The translations under genes and the position numbers were made by a program. A DNA stretch of 61,987 nucleotides, counting the filler, from Sphacelaria rigidula (Eukaryota), in the NCBI GenBank assembly GCA_964200075.2. It is 5 parts of 5 records of this genome, joined end to end, with 100 filler letters (N's around TTAATTAATTAA, not from the genome) between each part and the next. Parts side by side here need not be neighbours in the genome. Positions count along the whole stretch, not along the records: positions 37,256 to 49,571 come from CAXNAA020003893.1; positions 49,672 to 61,987 come from CAXNAA020003894.1; 3 more parts are not named here. One strand, written 5' to 3'. Below are positions 39,701 through 51,623 of the stretch, in pieces (position 1 is the stretch's first letter; every line of letters starts with the position of its first letter). The notes beneath the pieces are model-generated. The model had not been told where the DNA came from. It made no database searches and saw only the letters and a list, made by a program, of their open reading frames with translations.

Positions 39701-40489
39701 TCTTTTTTCTTGAAAACGGACCACACTATTCCTATACACAGTTGTACCAAAGGAGAAGGTCTGAGACGTCCAAGGTCACGATAAATCAACTGCTGCATAA
39801 AGTGTACCGTAATTGAAACAGGGGTGTTTTGGCCGCATTTTTCCGTCGATATTGCCATACTCCACATCTACTCCTGCAACTTGGTTTGATTATTCTTCAA
39901 TTTTGAAAAGCTTGGGCGATAAAGATAAAAGTGTCTCTTTCCGGATACTCTGGGCATTGTTCTACTTGTCGTGGTTCCCACGAACCAGAGTTTTTCCAGT
40001 CAGGTGCCTTAGGCGTATCTTAATTGGGACATTGATCTCTAGGAGGAAAGGTTCGCTATTCGCACATACGTTGTGTACATCGTGTCAAAATTTTAGAGAA
40101 AATTATCCAAAATTGAGCGAGGAATATGCGCCCCTTCGTCGACAATCGGTCACTATAGTTTATGAAGCTGGACCAGTTACGAATAGTTCAAAGGCATTCG
40201 TGCTGTTCAATTTCAAGCTGTTTTCGATTACATGTTGACACGATGCACAACACGTATGTGCGAATACCGAACCTTTCCTCTTTTGTTTCTTTTTCTCCGT
40301 GAGTTAGTGGCAAATTTGTTCCGGAAAAAAACTGTTCTGAAATGTTCCGTCGCCAATAACTTACGGAGATGAAGAAAAACACATACGGGAGGAACGAAGG
40401 GGTGTTTGCACATACGTCCTGTACATCATATCATAATTTCATCGAAAACGACTCAATATTGAGCTCGGGAATTGTGCTACATCTTGTGC

Positions 40490-40775
40490 GGCACAACTCG
40501 GCAGAAAACTGACTGTAACCCAAAACCCAATCTCCGCCGTTTTCTTTTGGCTGATTCCGCCGCACATAGTACCCTCAACTCAATACACTTCCGCACTTGA
40601 CTACAGTTTGGTATTTCGTTTGATGAGGCCTTGTCGGCTCGCTGTGGTAAAGGGATTTGAAGACGCGTGCTAATTTGCCGATTACCACGATGTGTCATAG
40701 TAGGCACAACTCGCGATACATCGTCGATTAGGACGGGCTGAATGAAAGTGAGCTTCTTAGGCGGCCCAGCCTGTA
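40490..40775 (-). mobile_element. Second, uninterrupted copy of the Tc1/mariner-type repeat end
   Basis: Homologous to 22850-22952 plus 23276-23450. Confidence 0.7.
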
Positions 40776-40860
40776 GTCCATCTGCATGCACATAATTGCC
40801 CGACAATTTTGACGGGCATGGGAGTTCCCTTCAGTTATACGCACTTCGCTGTGCAGTACC

Positions 40861-40940
40861 GGGGGAGAGATGGGTTGATCCCTTGAGACCACGGATTCAT
40901 CCCGAGGAAGGGGAGGGGTTCAAAGTGCGGAAAAAAAAAA
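40861..40940 (+). mobile_element. SINE-type 3' tail with poly(A)
   Basis: Near-identical to the reverse complement of 22953-23028. Confidence 0.75.
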
Positions 40941-41069
40941 CTGGGATCTAATATTCAGACTGATTGTTATGCGTGTCCACTGTTTTTCTTACACATATAT
41001 ATATATATATATTTGTATGACGCCTTTCAATCGACCCTCACAACGTTTTTTCGTTCGTTATAATACCAG

Positions 41070-44000
41070 ATCTCTAGACGCTGTGATGGTAAGCCAACAC
41101 TTCTGGCCCCAGCTGCTAGGGGAAGACATGAAGCTGCACCCCACGATGGAGAAGAGACTCAGCGAGTATAGCAAGGCTTATTCCGTCATCAAGAACCCGC
41201 GCCTGCTCGTTTGGAAAAAGCAGGTGAAAATTGACGCAAGGAGGGCACAGAGAGCACAAACTTCTGTACTTGCTGTACTGTAGTACGATATGTTGAATTC
41301 TGCAATGTATGTGGCGAGCACGTTCCTGACGTTCCTGACGTTCCGTATTTCCGGTCCCCTGGCGTTCCTGACGTTCCTGACGTTCCTGACGTTCCGTATT
41401 TCCTGGATCCCATGGGAGGTCATTTCCCACCACCAACAGCTTGCTAGCTATCTGGCCCTCGAGGACGGACAGACTGTCTCTACAGAATGACTCAACCTGT
41501 GTGTACCCCGCATTACTGCAGTACGTTCACGAACCCAGACCCTCACCACTAAAGCATCGACACAACACCCCCCCTACTGTAGCCAGTCTTCCGTGGGAGC
41601 ATCATGTTCTTTCTCATTTGGCGTCGACGGTCAATAGTTGAGGTCCCCCCCCTCCCCGCATTTTTTGCCTCTACACACGCCACACAGAGGAACGGGTGAA
41701 ACAACACATCTGGTCCCTGTAGATTTTTCCCCGAGGGCGAATAGGAACTTACCGGGGATCCTGGGCAGAACCAGAGTAAGTGAGGGAAGGCGCTTTCTCA
41801 TGCTGAGTACTGTACAGCGGCGGGTGGCACCGTCTTTACTACGGTATGATTAGTTCCCAGCCTTACAAAGGCGTATCTCTTACATAAAGGTCACCATGCT
41901 TGATTCGGATGCTGCTGCCCCTTTTGTTCAGGCCCGCGGTCGGAACCACGCTAAAAAAGCCTACAGTAGTGACCCTAGGAAACCGGTGCACCCACACAGG
42001 ATTCATGTAATGATTATTATATGCGGTTCCATTCGTGTGAAGAGGTGACAAGTACTTGGCATATACTTGTCATTGATTAGTTCCTCCTTTACGGGGATCT
42101 CCACATCATTCACGCGCATGGCTCTGCGAGCCTTTTTTGCGCCTGTTTCTGTGACGAGAGAAGGTTTGTCGAGGTAACCTTCTTCGCCGGCTAGCGGTGG
42201 GGATACTACTACTTGTTGCGAATTTTCTTTTTTTTTTCTGCTGCACCTCTCGTGTGTGTTGGGGTGGGATGCCCAAGCCAATACTCTCCGTCGAAGGTTT
42301 ATTATTGTAGCTTTCAGTGTAGTTCCTTCTTTTTCTTCAGCGAGTGTTTCAGTTTTGTTCTGGGGGGGGGTACGTCTCCCTTTTGACCATGACTGGATCC
42401 CTGGGGGGTCAGTTAAGTACGACAATCAAGCAATTAAACAATCAAACGAATCAAGTGTGGTGAGTTAGTTTGTGGGCTAAGCTTGTTCATCCCCCACTTC
42501 TTTGCTCGACTCCCCTCCCGTCCCCGCTTACCTTTGCGCGTTTTTGTTGTTGTTGTTGTTGTTGTCGTCGTTGTTCATTTGCGGTGATCGAGCTGGACTC
42601 GAAACCGCGACCTCTGTTGTGACTGAGCAATCCTAGTGATGTATGTCACCGATGTTGCTGATGTGAGAAGGGCAATGAGTCCTCGACAACAGACATCATA
42701 TATGCGGGGTATTATCCGCACTTCACTACGTACATATATGATTCACAGAGATCAACCTTCTGTACACTACACGTTCGACAGAACCGGACATGAGTGAATT
42801 GAGCGGAACAGATCAATTATACTGATGTTTGTTTGTCTGTCTAGAACACATTCTAGATAAACCATACGCACGACAGAACCGAAATGAGATGAACTGAGCG
42901 GAACAGATCGAATATACCGGCGTTAGTGTATCGGTATAGTTCTAGATCGGTTTCTATGTGCTGTAGGCGGGATCGATTCACTCGGTTCGAGAGAGTTATC
43001 TGACTGCTCTGTGTGATATTACTATTGTAGGAACGAACAAGCCCTGGGCATGCTCGCGACGGAAATTTTACTGCGATGAAACTGAAGGTTCGATGTTCAG
43101 TGTGAAAGCACGGGTACACAATGCCGGAGGATTTGATCCGTCCCGCTAGTAGGTGTGTCTCCTTGTAGGTGAACCGTAAACTGACGCAACAGCGGCGCAG
43201 AGATCATTCTGAACGATGTTTTTTTTAAAGGACGCCCCACGAGAGCACCCATGTGCTCGTCTTCATCTGTTGTGTTGCGTTGTGCGGTGGTCTCATGTGT
43301 CAAACGCGTGCCAGTTACAAGAGTGCGTTTCACTCAACACCGATGTACTTGATATGTCGTGCTCTGTTGCGTGGTATAGTGTTGGTGTCAGATGCGTTCC
43401 GCTTAGTACGTTCACGTACACCGATGTATTTGATCCATTCTGTTCTGTCCTGTCCTGTTCTGGTGTATTACGTCATGTTATGTGATGCGTGGTTGTCACC
43501 TCTGTAAGACCCGACCCGCTTGCTGGTAACCCCGGACACTCCAACCCGGACCGTCATCGCGGGCCTGTCAACCCTGGGCCTGTCACCGCCCACTCCCCTG
43601 CCCGGCCTGTAGTCATACTTCTCACTCAGGGTACCCCGTCACGCACCCACCGTCTCTCAGCCCTGTCTTTTCCCCGAGCTCTGCCTGCAGGGCTTACCCA
43701 GTCCAAGTCCATGCCGCGTCCCTACACGCGCCGTACCCCTATACCGAGTGAGAAGCTACAACCTACGCACGCACACACACCATTTCGGGTTAGATAAGCT
43801 ACGCCCGCCGTCCACAGGCCTGGCTTATATATATATATATATACACACATATGCTTTTCTTGACTTTTTATTCGCTTTGCTTTTGGTTCTCTTTTTTTTT
43901 CACGTCGTGGTCTACTGCGTCGTTTTGTTCGACTTTTTCCCGCTCCTTCTTTTTCTTCAGCAGCGAGTGTTTCAGTCATGCTTTGTCTTGGATACGTCTG

Positions 44001-47000
44001 TCACACGACCACGGATGGATCCCCGGAGGGTCAGTTAAAGTGCGACAATCAATCAAATAATACATATTGTATAACTATACAAGCAGCACGGGACCCGGGG
44101 CTGCCCGTCCGTTTTTTTCGAGGGGTCTCGGTATTCTTGCCTTGCCAAGCACTTGTGAGGAAATATCCTCTCTCGAAATGTTCATGCCCGCCGGAAACAT
44201 TGCAGGACCACCGCGATCGCGCGTCCGTTCGAACGGTCGAGAACGCATGTGTGCCCCCGCACAAAGTCAAGCACGATGCGGCTAACCGGGCCCCTAGCAT
44301 TTGCATTGGCCCGAACAGTCATCTCCCGAGGCGGGTGCGGAGGAACTTGCACACTAAAATCAGCAATAAATCTCGTCGACCCCTGGTTACGAAGTATGCT
44401 TCACGCTCGTGAGTTCGAAGTATTCTATATATATATATATATATATACTATATACATGCTATGCTATGCTATGCTATGTTATGTTCAACCAAACGCGTGC
44501 CAAGGGAAACGTCGACTTTTTTCTGCAGTAAAAGTAGCGTGGAATATGATCGACTGGGCACGTGGTATACGTGTAGGTTTCGGGAGGATATCCGCAACTA
44601 GGGGTGATGATAACAAAACAAAACCCCATCAAGTATATCACAAGTGTGCTACTCCCCGCCACGACGGCTTCTTGATCCTTGTGAGAGTACGTCATGGCTG
44701 TCACCAGCAGGCCGCCCTTCTCCCCCTCTCCCACCCTCGCTCGCGCGTGATTGATCGACCGTTTGAAATCGCTTTTAGTAGAAACAGTTTTACATACCCT
44801 GGACAATGAATAAAAAAAACAAAACAAAATTGGTGCGTGGTCGCAAGAGGAGAAAGTGTACCGCGTAAATGATTGAATATGTATATATATATATACTGTA
44901 TCGCCCATTTTATGCCTATAAAGGGAAAATTAGTACTGCGTGACGTATCGAGCTTATTGTCCATTACACGCGTAGCAGGCAATAGGCTGGATACTTCACT
45001 ACCCGGTACAATTTTCTCCTACTGCAACTACGAGTATTTGGTGTCTATTGTGCAGGGTGTGCAACTTTTGTCGGTTGTGTTCTGTAGGGTATCCCGGCCG
45101 GAATCCGGGTATTTACATATGTATATATATTATATATATAAATCGTTTTGTTGGGTACGTCTATCAAATCACATGAGAAAAAACAGACGTTTTGTAGGTT
45201 AATACCCTTGCAGACCATCCCCGGAGTGTCCGGAACAGGCCTCGATACGCTTCCGAACCATACCGGAATGCTCGCTACACATATCGGCACGGTTCAGGAT
45301 GACAATAAAAAATTCCCCTCTTCCGCGTGAACCCTACAGAATACAACCTTGCAAAGTTGACGTTTTGTCGTGATGATTTGGCGCAGTCAACAATCTTCGA
45401 CTTGACTCATGGAACACTAAGCGCTGTTGTACTATGCCCCCCCTCCACTCAGCGATCACGCTCCTTGCTCCGTCTCGAAAGGGATGCGTGGCCAATGATC
45501 AAACGACTAAGGCAAGCAACAAATGAGTACGCTCCCCCCGTCCCGTCCCCCCCCCCCCCCCGCGCGCTCTCGGCCCCCCTCTGCCTCGACATACTTACTG
45601 CCTGGAATCAATCAGCTAGGCGTGGTGCAGCTATCCCTCGATTTTGGCGGAGTAGAGCGAGAATTTTCCGTTTCCCCGCTCCACGCGACGCTCATCATGC
45701 ACTTCGAGGGAAATGCAGAGGTATGTGGGTCCGTACTTGTTCGGTGTAACGTTTTCCACTGTCGCAATACAATACTTCACTGTTCGGACGAATCATCGCC
45801 GGTTCGAATCACCAAATGTACGATTTTTCAGGCCTGATTGCTCGAAAGAGGTGAAAAAAAAGTTGACCGCTGGCCAGAAAGGTCCCCAAGCATTTTTTGC
45901 GCCATTCCACGTGCCTGGGCTGCGCGTACCTGGCATGCAACGCAGAAAACGAAGCCTAAGGATTGATTCGTGCGGCACGAATCAATGACACTGAAATCGA
46001 GTATTTTCCCGACGAATCATTCATTCGCCCGACCGTTGCAATACTTAACTTGCTGTCTCATGGACTGATTGTGGCTGAAGCGCTGTCTCGGTCTCCCGAA
46101 GTTTTGTGGGCTGCATTGGGTTTTGTTTTGTTTTGTGCTTCTTCAACTCTTTTGGAACCGTTGCTGGAAAAAGTGACGATTCACAATTGACGTTTTCTTA
46201 GGCAATATATATACAATATATATGCTTTTTTTTGCTGCAACTGTTGATGATAGCAGCCCACCAAAACGGTGTATCACTCTCTAAGTTCAAGTATATTTAT
46301 GTGACCGATTCGTGTACCGAACTCTAAGTGACGTTTTCCGGTGACGAAAGCTCGGATATGGGAGTTTGTACTGTTTTTCGCGAGCTCCAACATGGTTCCA
46401 AAAGGGTTAACCCTGCGGTTGACCAGTATGGTCAGGAGAGACGAAGTATCGTTTTTTACGTATCCATAAATGTATTTGGTAGACCACGCATTTGTGCGAC
46501 AAACAATTGATTAATCAATCAATCCAAGGACCGGACGACTAATGGTTAGTTAGCTCGCTTGGTAGCCGTGGAACTTTCTCGGAAATGTATGATGTCGGAT
46601 AACTCTAACCTTCTATCTTCACCCTTTTGGAACTCACAATGGAAAATTGATCATTTGTGTTTGACGATTTTTGAGCAAGATATGGTTGATGGTTTACAGG
46701 TCAGACGCAACGACATTTACCCAATGCGTATTTTTCAGACCCGTGCGAGTGACCAGTGGAACAAAATAAGGTTTCCTATTCACCGATGTGCCGTACCAGA
46801 CCCTGGAACCCATCGCTTTTTTTTCAATGGAATGTTTCATGGTGTTTTTGCTAATCATTGTCGATGGATACAATTGGACACACTTCATCCGTTGCGTGGT
46901 CACCCGACCTCTCCAGGGAGGACATTTTTCCTGCACCCGCCGCGTGTGCTACTGTGTTTTTCTTCTGTATTCCATTGTAAAATGGTTGACGTCGGCCTTT

Positions 47001-48713
47001 TCTGCTTCCATATTTTCCTCTTTGTCAGGACTTCTCATATTGAGGCGTTTGGCCCGGGGACAGGAGGGGAGGGTTCCGAAAGCGTCAACTCTTTCGGGAC
47101 CGTACCCCCATCAGCCAGGGGTGTCGAGTGCCCGTTGTGAACCGGCATTATATTCACTTGATAAACTACTGAGATCGATGCAAATTCACAAATTGACCAC
47201 CGCTCGCAGTCAAAGGGTTACACCTAGAGCTCGGAAATGGTACCAGTTATAACTTGCCATTATAGCAGTTATAACTTGCCATTATCATTACGATGGTAAT
47301 AATGGTAATAGTCATATGAAATTTTTGCACAGTTGTTTCAAACCATTTGTTACCATTTAACTGCTTAATGGTTGCACTACGCGTAACCATTTAACTGTTC
47401 AGTGGTTAGACAAACCATTTCCGAGCTCTAGTTACACCTCTGGTTAGTGAGGTGCCAGTTTCCAGAGGGTGGAGTACATGTCTTCCAGTTTGGTCTCACG
47501 GCGGGGGGGAGCGTCACGGGGGGGAGAGTACGCGGTCGTCCGGTCCCAGCCTGCGTCGGACGCTAGCTCCAATCCGCCGAACTCTAGTGCTTAGTAGCTC
47601 ACGTCTCACACCCATCCACACGTTCGTCGTGGCAGTGTTCCAGCTCTGAGTAAAGCTTGTGCACTAAATACGGGGCAATACAACCGCGGTGTGGAAATGA
47701 GCTTTGGGCCCCAACACTACCAATCATAGCCCGCCGGCTGGTCTGTATGTTGTTTTCACCATCGACGGACTGCGCAACAAATCAGTATGTAGGTCAATCT
47801 GACTCTATCCTCTACGCGCATGGTTATATTCTTTTCATGTTGATATGGTGCGTGTGTGTATGGGTGTGCGTTTTTTTCTTACACAAAAAATCCCCAGTCG
47901 GGTGGCGGTCGGCGGTGCAGAGGGGGGAAAACTTGACTGTACCACTCTGGTGTGACGAGAAAGTAATACTCCAGAGTATATCTGGAAGTAGCCGTTTTGA
48001 GGAGGGAGAAAGTACTGATTCACTAATCCACCGCCCTTTTGCATAGTTTTTTTAGTCATAATCCAAACGCTGAACCTTGTCATCCACGTGGCGGGGTCCA
48101 TACGTCCATCTGTAGTCAGCGATCACCCGTCAATTTATCATCGCAAAGCGATGAGCTGGTACGTGGATGATATGGTGTTGCCATGAAGATCACTCGAAGG
48201 TAATCTATTGCTTTTGTCCACCACTGTGGATACCTGCAACGCACCTCCAGCGTGCGTCAGTGCGTTCGTACCTTTCTCCTCTTTTTTTGCTCTGTACCCC
48301 CCCCCCCCGCACCACTTGCGTCATACTGTGTGTGTGCGCTGAATGGTTTAGTCTTCGGCAAGAAAGAGGAAAATAAAAAGAAAAACCTTATGTTTTTTCA
48401 ATTATTATTTACTTCCAAACTTGTGAATTTGAAACAGGAATAAACTCGTAGTATATGTATACCTCACTTCCACTTCGAAGTATATATTATTTTTTTCCAT
48501 GGAGAATATCCCCCGTAAAAAGCTGTTTGCTCGTGTGTGCGTGTCATCTTATTTATCCTATTTTTTTCATCCCCACAGACGTGGACCCTGGGTGCGTTGG
48601 CCAAAGAAGTCGATCTGCCCCCGGCCGTGGTGCAGAAAAAAATGATGCTGTGGGTGAACCAGGGGGTGATCGTGGAGACACCGGGACCCGCCTATCGCCT
48701 CCTTCGAGATCAG
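41070..48713 (+). CDS. ANAPC2: Anaphase-promoting complex subunit 2, cullin-homology region; internal exons 41070-41223, 45616-45720, 48579-48713 (partial gene)
   Basis: Phase-compatible GT-AG exons give SLDAVMVSQHFWPQL..YSKAYSVIKNPRLLVWKKQ|LGVVQLSLDF..EFSVSPLHATLIMHFE..|TWTLGALAKEV..KKMMLWVNQGVI, matching the APC2 cullin domain (SxxFWP, RxLxWxxxLG, VSPxxAxII, WxxxGV). Confidence 0.9.
41320..41401 (+). repeat. 9-bp minisatellite (acgttcctg)n in an APC2 intron
   Basis: Two clusters of three and four near-identical units. Confidence 0.85.
42300..42455 (+). mobile_element. 5'-truncated RTE-type 3' end with degenerate (CAAT)n tail
   Basis: Homologous to 43940-44057 (ttcttcag(cag)cgagtgtttcagt...gacca..ggatccc..gggtcagttaa..gacaatcaa). 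Confidence 0.65.
43850..44057 (+). mobile_element. 5'-truncated RTE-type 3' end with (CAAT)n tail
   Basis: T-rich UTR-like sequence ending aaagtgcgacaatcaatcaa. Confidence 0.7.
45062..45359. mobile_element. MITE with about 29-bp imperfect TIRs
   Basis: caacttttgtcggttgtgttctgtagggt ... accctacagaatacaaccttgcaaagttg. Confidence 0.75.
45771..46041. mobile_element. MITE-like repeat; second copy at 49029-49282
   Basis: About 250-nt direct homology between the copies; imperfect TIR ttcactgttcggacgaat / attcgcccgaccgttgcaa. Confidence 0.78.
46147..46406. mobile_element. piggyBac-like MITE
   Basis: TCAA-CTCTTTTGGAACC ... GGTTCCAAAAGGG-TTAA; same left end with TTAA at 57804. Confidence 0.65.
47225..47430. 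mobile_element. hAT-type MITE (206 bp) with perfect 8-bp TSD
   Basis: TIR TAGAGCTCGGAAATGG / CCATTTCCGAGCTCTA; GTTACACC at 47217-47224 and 47431-47438. Confidence 0.92.
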
Positions 48714-49028
48714 GTACGAAGGCCCGACGGCATGCGACGGTGTGCACGCCTCTTCCAAATCTCTCGCACGTTTCCAGGTGGAAAAACACGTAACGGAAAA
48801 CATTTTTGTCACTCCGACGTTTTTGGAAAGTAGATGAATAAGCAATTCCACTTCCGTTTGGATTTTTTTCTCTTGTCATCCCTGCCGATGCACGTCTATG
48901 ATACACATGTGACAACCAGCCGGACAGGAATGGACAACGTCGATGTTTAAGCCGGACAGTCTTGGGCTTGTGAGTAGGCGTGTCAGTTTTAATTCATTTT
49001 TTCTCTTCGTCTCCGGGAGACAGGCAGG

Positions 49029-49282
49029 AATATTTCACTGTTCGGACGAATCATCGCCGGTTCGAATCACGAAATCCACGATTTTTCAGGCCTGATTGCT
49101 GGAAAGAGATGAAAAAAAAAAGTTGGCCGCTGACCAGAAAGGTTTCCACGGAATTTTTTGCGCGATTCCACGTGCCTGGGCTGCGCGTACTTGGCATGCA
49201 ACGCTGCAAACGAACCCGAAGGATTGATTCATACGGCACGAATCAACTACCTTAAAATCAAGAAATTTCCAGACGAATCATG
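49029..49282. mobile_element. Second copy of the 45771 repeat
   Basis: Direct sequence similarity. Confidence 0.78.
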
Positions 49283-49571
49283 ATTTCTTCCAACCCTAGG
49301 AACCTTTATCGTGCACTTCGCTATTTCTAGTTTCGTGCAGCGCACTGCTAACCTAGCCCTGAAGCTAAATTGTTATCAAGGTGGTCCGGTGTACCGGTAG
49401 GCACCAAGGCGGGGGTGCCCCCCCGCTCAGGTAGTCTCAGACCTGAAGGTATCCCTCGTCCTCAACCACTAGAGGACACTTTCTACGATGCCCCCCCCCC
49501 CCCCCCCAAAACCTCTCCCTTGCCTCCGGGCGTTCCGGGAGACACAAGTGTGGACACCCGGCAATGGTACG

Positions 49572-49671
49572 NNNNNNNNNNNNNNNNNNNNNNNNNNNNN
49601 NNNNNNNNNNNNNNNTTAATTAATTAANNNNNNNNNNNNNNNNNNNNNNNNNNNNNNNNNNNNNNNNNNNN
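49572..49671. other. Artificial contig linker
   Basis: 44 N + TTAATTAATTAA + 44 N. Confidence 0.98.
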
Positions 49672-50062
49672 CGAAGTATAAAAATATCGTTCTGGAGTAG
49701 CAATTCGCCGGTACGGTTCTGAAAGTCTGCACTCCGTACTCCATCCGTGCGTTCTCCGTAGCATATCTCAGATCAAACCGCTGAAAAGCCACGGATTTCC
49801 ACGGACGAAATTGTCCTGAATGCCGGATAACTTAGAATTCGAAGTACAAAAAGTATCGTTCTGTATAAGCGATTCGCCTATATGGTTCTGAAATTGTACA
49901 CCGTACTTCGTCCGTGCGTTCTCCGTAGCATCACTCAGACCAAATCGCTGAAAATAACCACAAAATCCCACGGATAAATTGTTCCGAATGCCGGGTAAGA
50001 TGGAATTCGAAGTTCAAAAATATTGTTCTGGATAAGCACTTCGGTGATACGGTTCTGAAATT
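49672..50062 (+). repeat. About 168-bp tandem repeat, about 2.3 units, running off the contig end
   Basis: cgaagt..aaaa.at.gttctg recurs at 49672, 49840 and 50008. Confidence 0.85.
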
Positions 50063-50093
50063 CTGCTGTCAATATGAAAACCGTGCTTTGCAC

Positions 50094-50097
<4 letters not shown>

Positions 50098-50131
<34 letters not shown>
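50098..50131 (+). repeat. (CA)n microsatellite
   Basis: Direct observation. Confidence 0.95.
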
Positions 50132-50134
<3 letters not shown>

Positions 50135-50489
50135 CGTGCGCCTCGAGCTGGAAGGCGTAATTCGAACTTGGCGTCAATATCTCCCTTTTTAGTTGGAATC
50201 TACTGTGCTGCTCTTGACGTTATTCTCGAGGAATGTATTCCATGCTCTTTGTTGTGGTGGATAGCCATAGTCCTGGGTCTAACGCTGCTACTGTTGCGCG
50301 TCTGCCACCCCGCCCCCCGCCACTCTGTCCTGTAGGGTGACATTCAAAATTCAAATATGTACTGTTTATTACTCTCGATTGATTATTTTTTTCTTCAAGG
50401 GATTCGACCTTACATGTGCGCTATTCAATCCGCCGTCCTCCCTGTCCAGCAGCTGGAAATCAAAGCAAAACAACTACTTTCGTACTTTT

Positions 50490-50930
50490 TGGTATTAATC
50501 CGCGGATATCCATACATTTTTCGCGGATAACCGTATCGGTTTCACGGATTACTGCGACGATGCACCGCGGGGAATTGCCGCGGTTTGTGCGGATTGTTCC
50601 ACGGAGGGGGGCAATCCGCTCCGTGAAAAAGTCCATGCCACGGATATCCGCTCCGCAATAATCCGTGACATTTTCATTGGCGGATATCCGCCCCGTGAAA
50701 ATCCGTGAGTTTCCCACTGACGGATATCCGCTCCGTACCATATTAAAAAAATCCGCACCGCACCGTGACATTTTCGTTGGGGGGATATCCGCTCCGCAAT
50801 AATCCGTGACATTTTCTGCACCGTCATAATCCGTGATTTTCCACACATACGGATATCCGCTCCGCTCCGTGAGGTTTCGAAAAAATAAAATCCGCACCAC
50901 GGAGCGGATTGTCCTCCGTACACATCCCTG
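50490..50930. repeat. MITE-like segment with repeated GGATATCCGC/ATCCGTG motifs
   Basis: At least six GGATATCC motifs; ends cacatccctg (hAT-like end). Confidence 0.6.
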
Positions 50931-51623
50931 GTTATCACGACTTGATGCGGTTTATGACTATGGTTATTACGGTTTGATGCGGCCGTCCTTTCTACTGTCG
51001 GTCCTTCTGAACGGTTCACTGCCCAGCGAGGTCGCTTCTGATAGATTACCGTCGTGCGTCGTGATCCAGCCGAGAATAGGCTACATAGTCCATGGTCAAC
51101 GTTACTTGGGGGAAAATCGAAAATAGAACACCTCCGCATTTTGTACAGGTGTTGCAAAGGCAGATAGAAATAATTTACAGAGCCCCAAAATACAACACAC
51201 CGTAATACGCAATACAGGCGGTGCAGAGTTTTCACAAGCGGCAGCTTACGAGTTCACTGTTTATTCTCTACAAAACGAAAATGTCACATTTTAACACGCA
51301 AAACACCTTCCGCTCGTGGGCGTTTGTAAAACGCCAACAGTCCTTGGCCGCTGACTGTCATCGAGAACACGTAATAATCAACGCGACTCTTCCATTCTTC
51401 CCCCTTCTACCCTGCCCGTGTCCTGTTCTCGCTTTCTCCTGTTGTTTCTTCTCTTTTCTTTTTTTCTCCTTCTTCTGTCGATCGGTCTTTTTTTTATCGC
51501 ATATTGGATTGGGGAAAACAAAAATTGTGTCACTACGCATTTTTTTTTCCTGGGTTACAATTGTGGACATGGGGATTGGTGAAGTATACGTGTCCCACCG
51601 CCGATGTTTCATGTTGTACTAGT

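Noticed and set aside
42583-42650. tRNA on the minus strand (GGTTTCGAGTCC T-loop)
   Set aside because: Only the 3' half is tRNA-like and there is no D arm; probably a decayed SINE or tRNA fragment.
43504-43828. Solo LTR (TGTAAG...CTTATA)
   Set aside because: No TSD and no second copy in the window; unsupported.
46559-47252. 193-aa and 154-aa ORFs within an APC2 intron
   Set aside because: No recognisable domain and they overlap repeat ends; likely decayed transposon sequence.
50490-50930. Regularly recurring GGATATCCGC palindromes as a CRISPR or iteron array
   Set aside because: Irregular spacing and non-unique spacers; typical subterminal motifs of a non-autonomous transposon.
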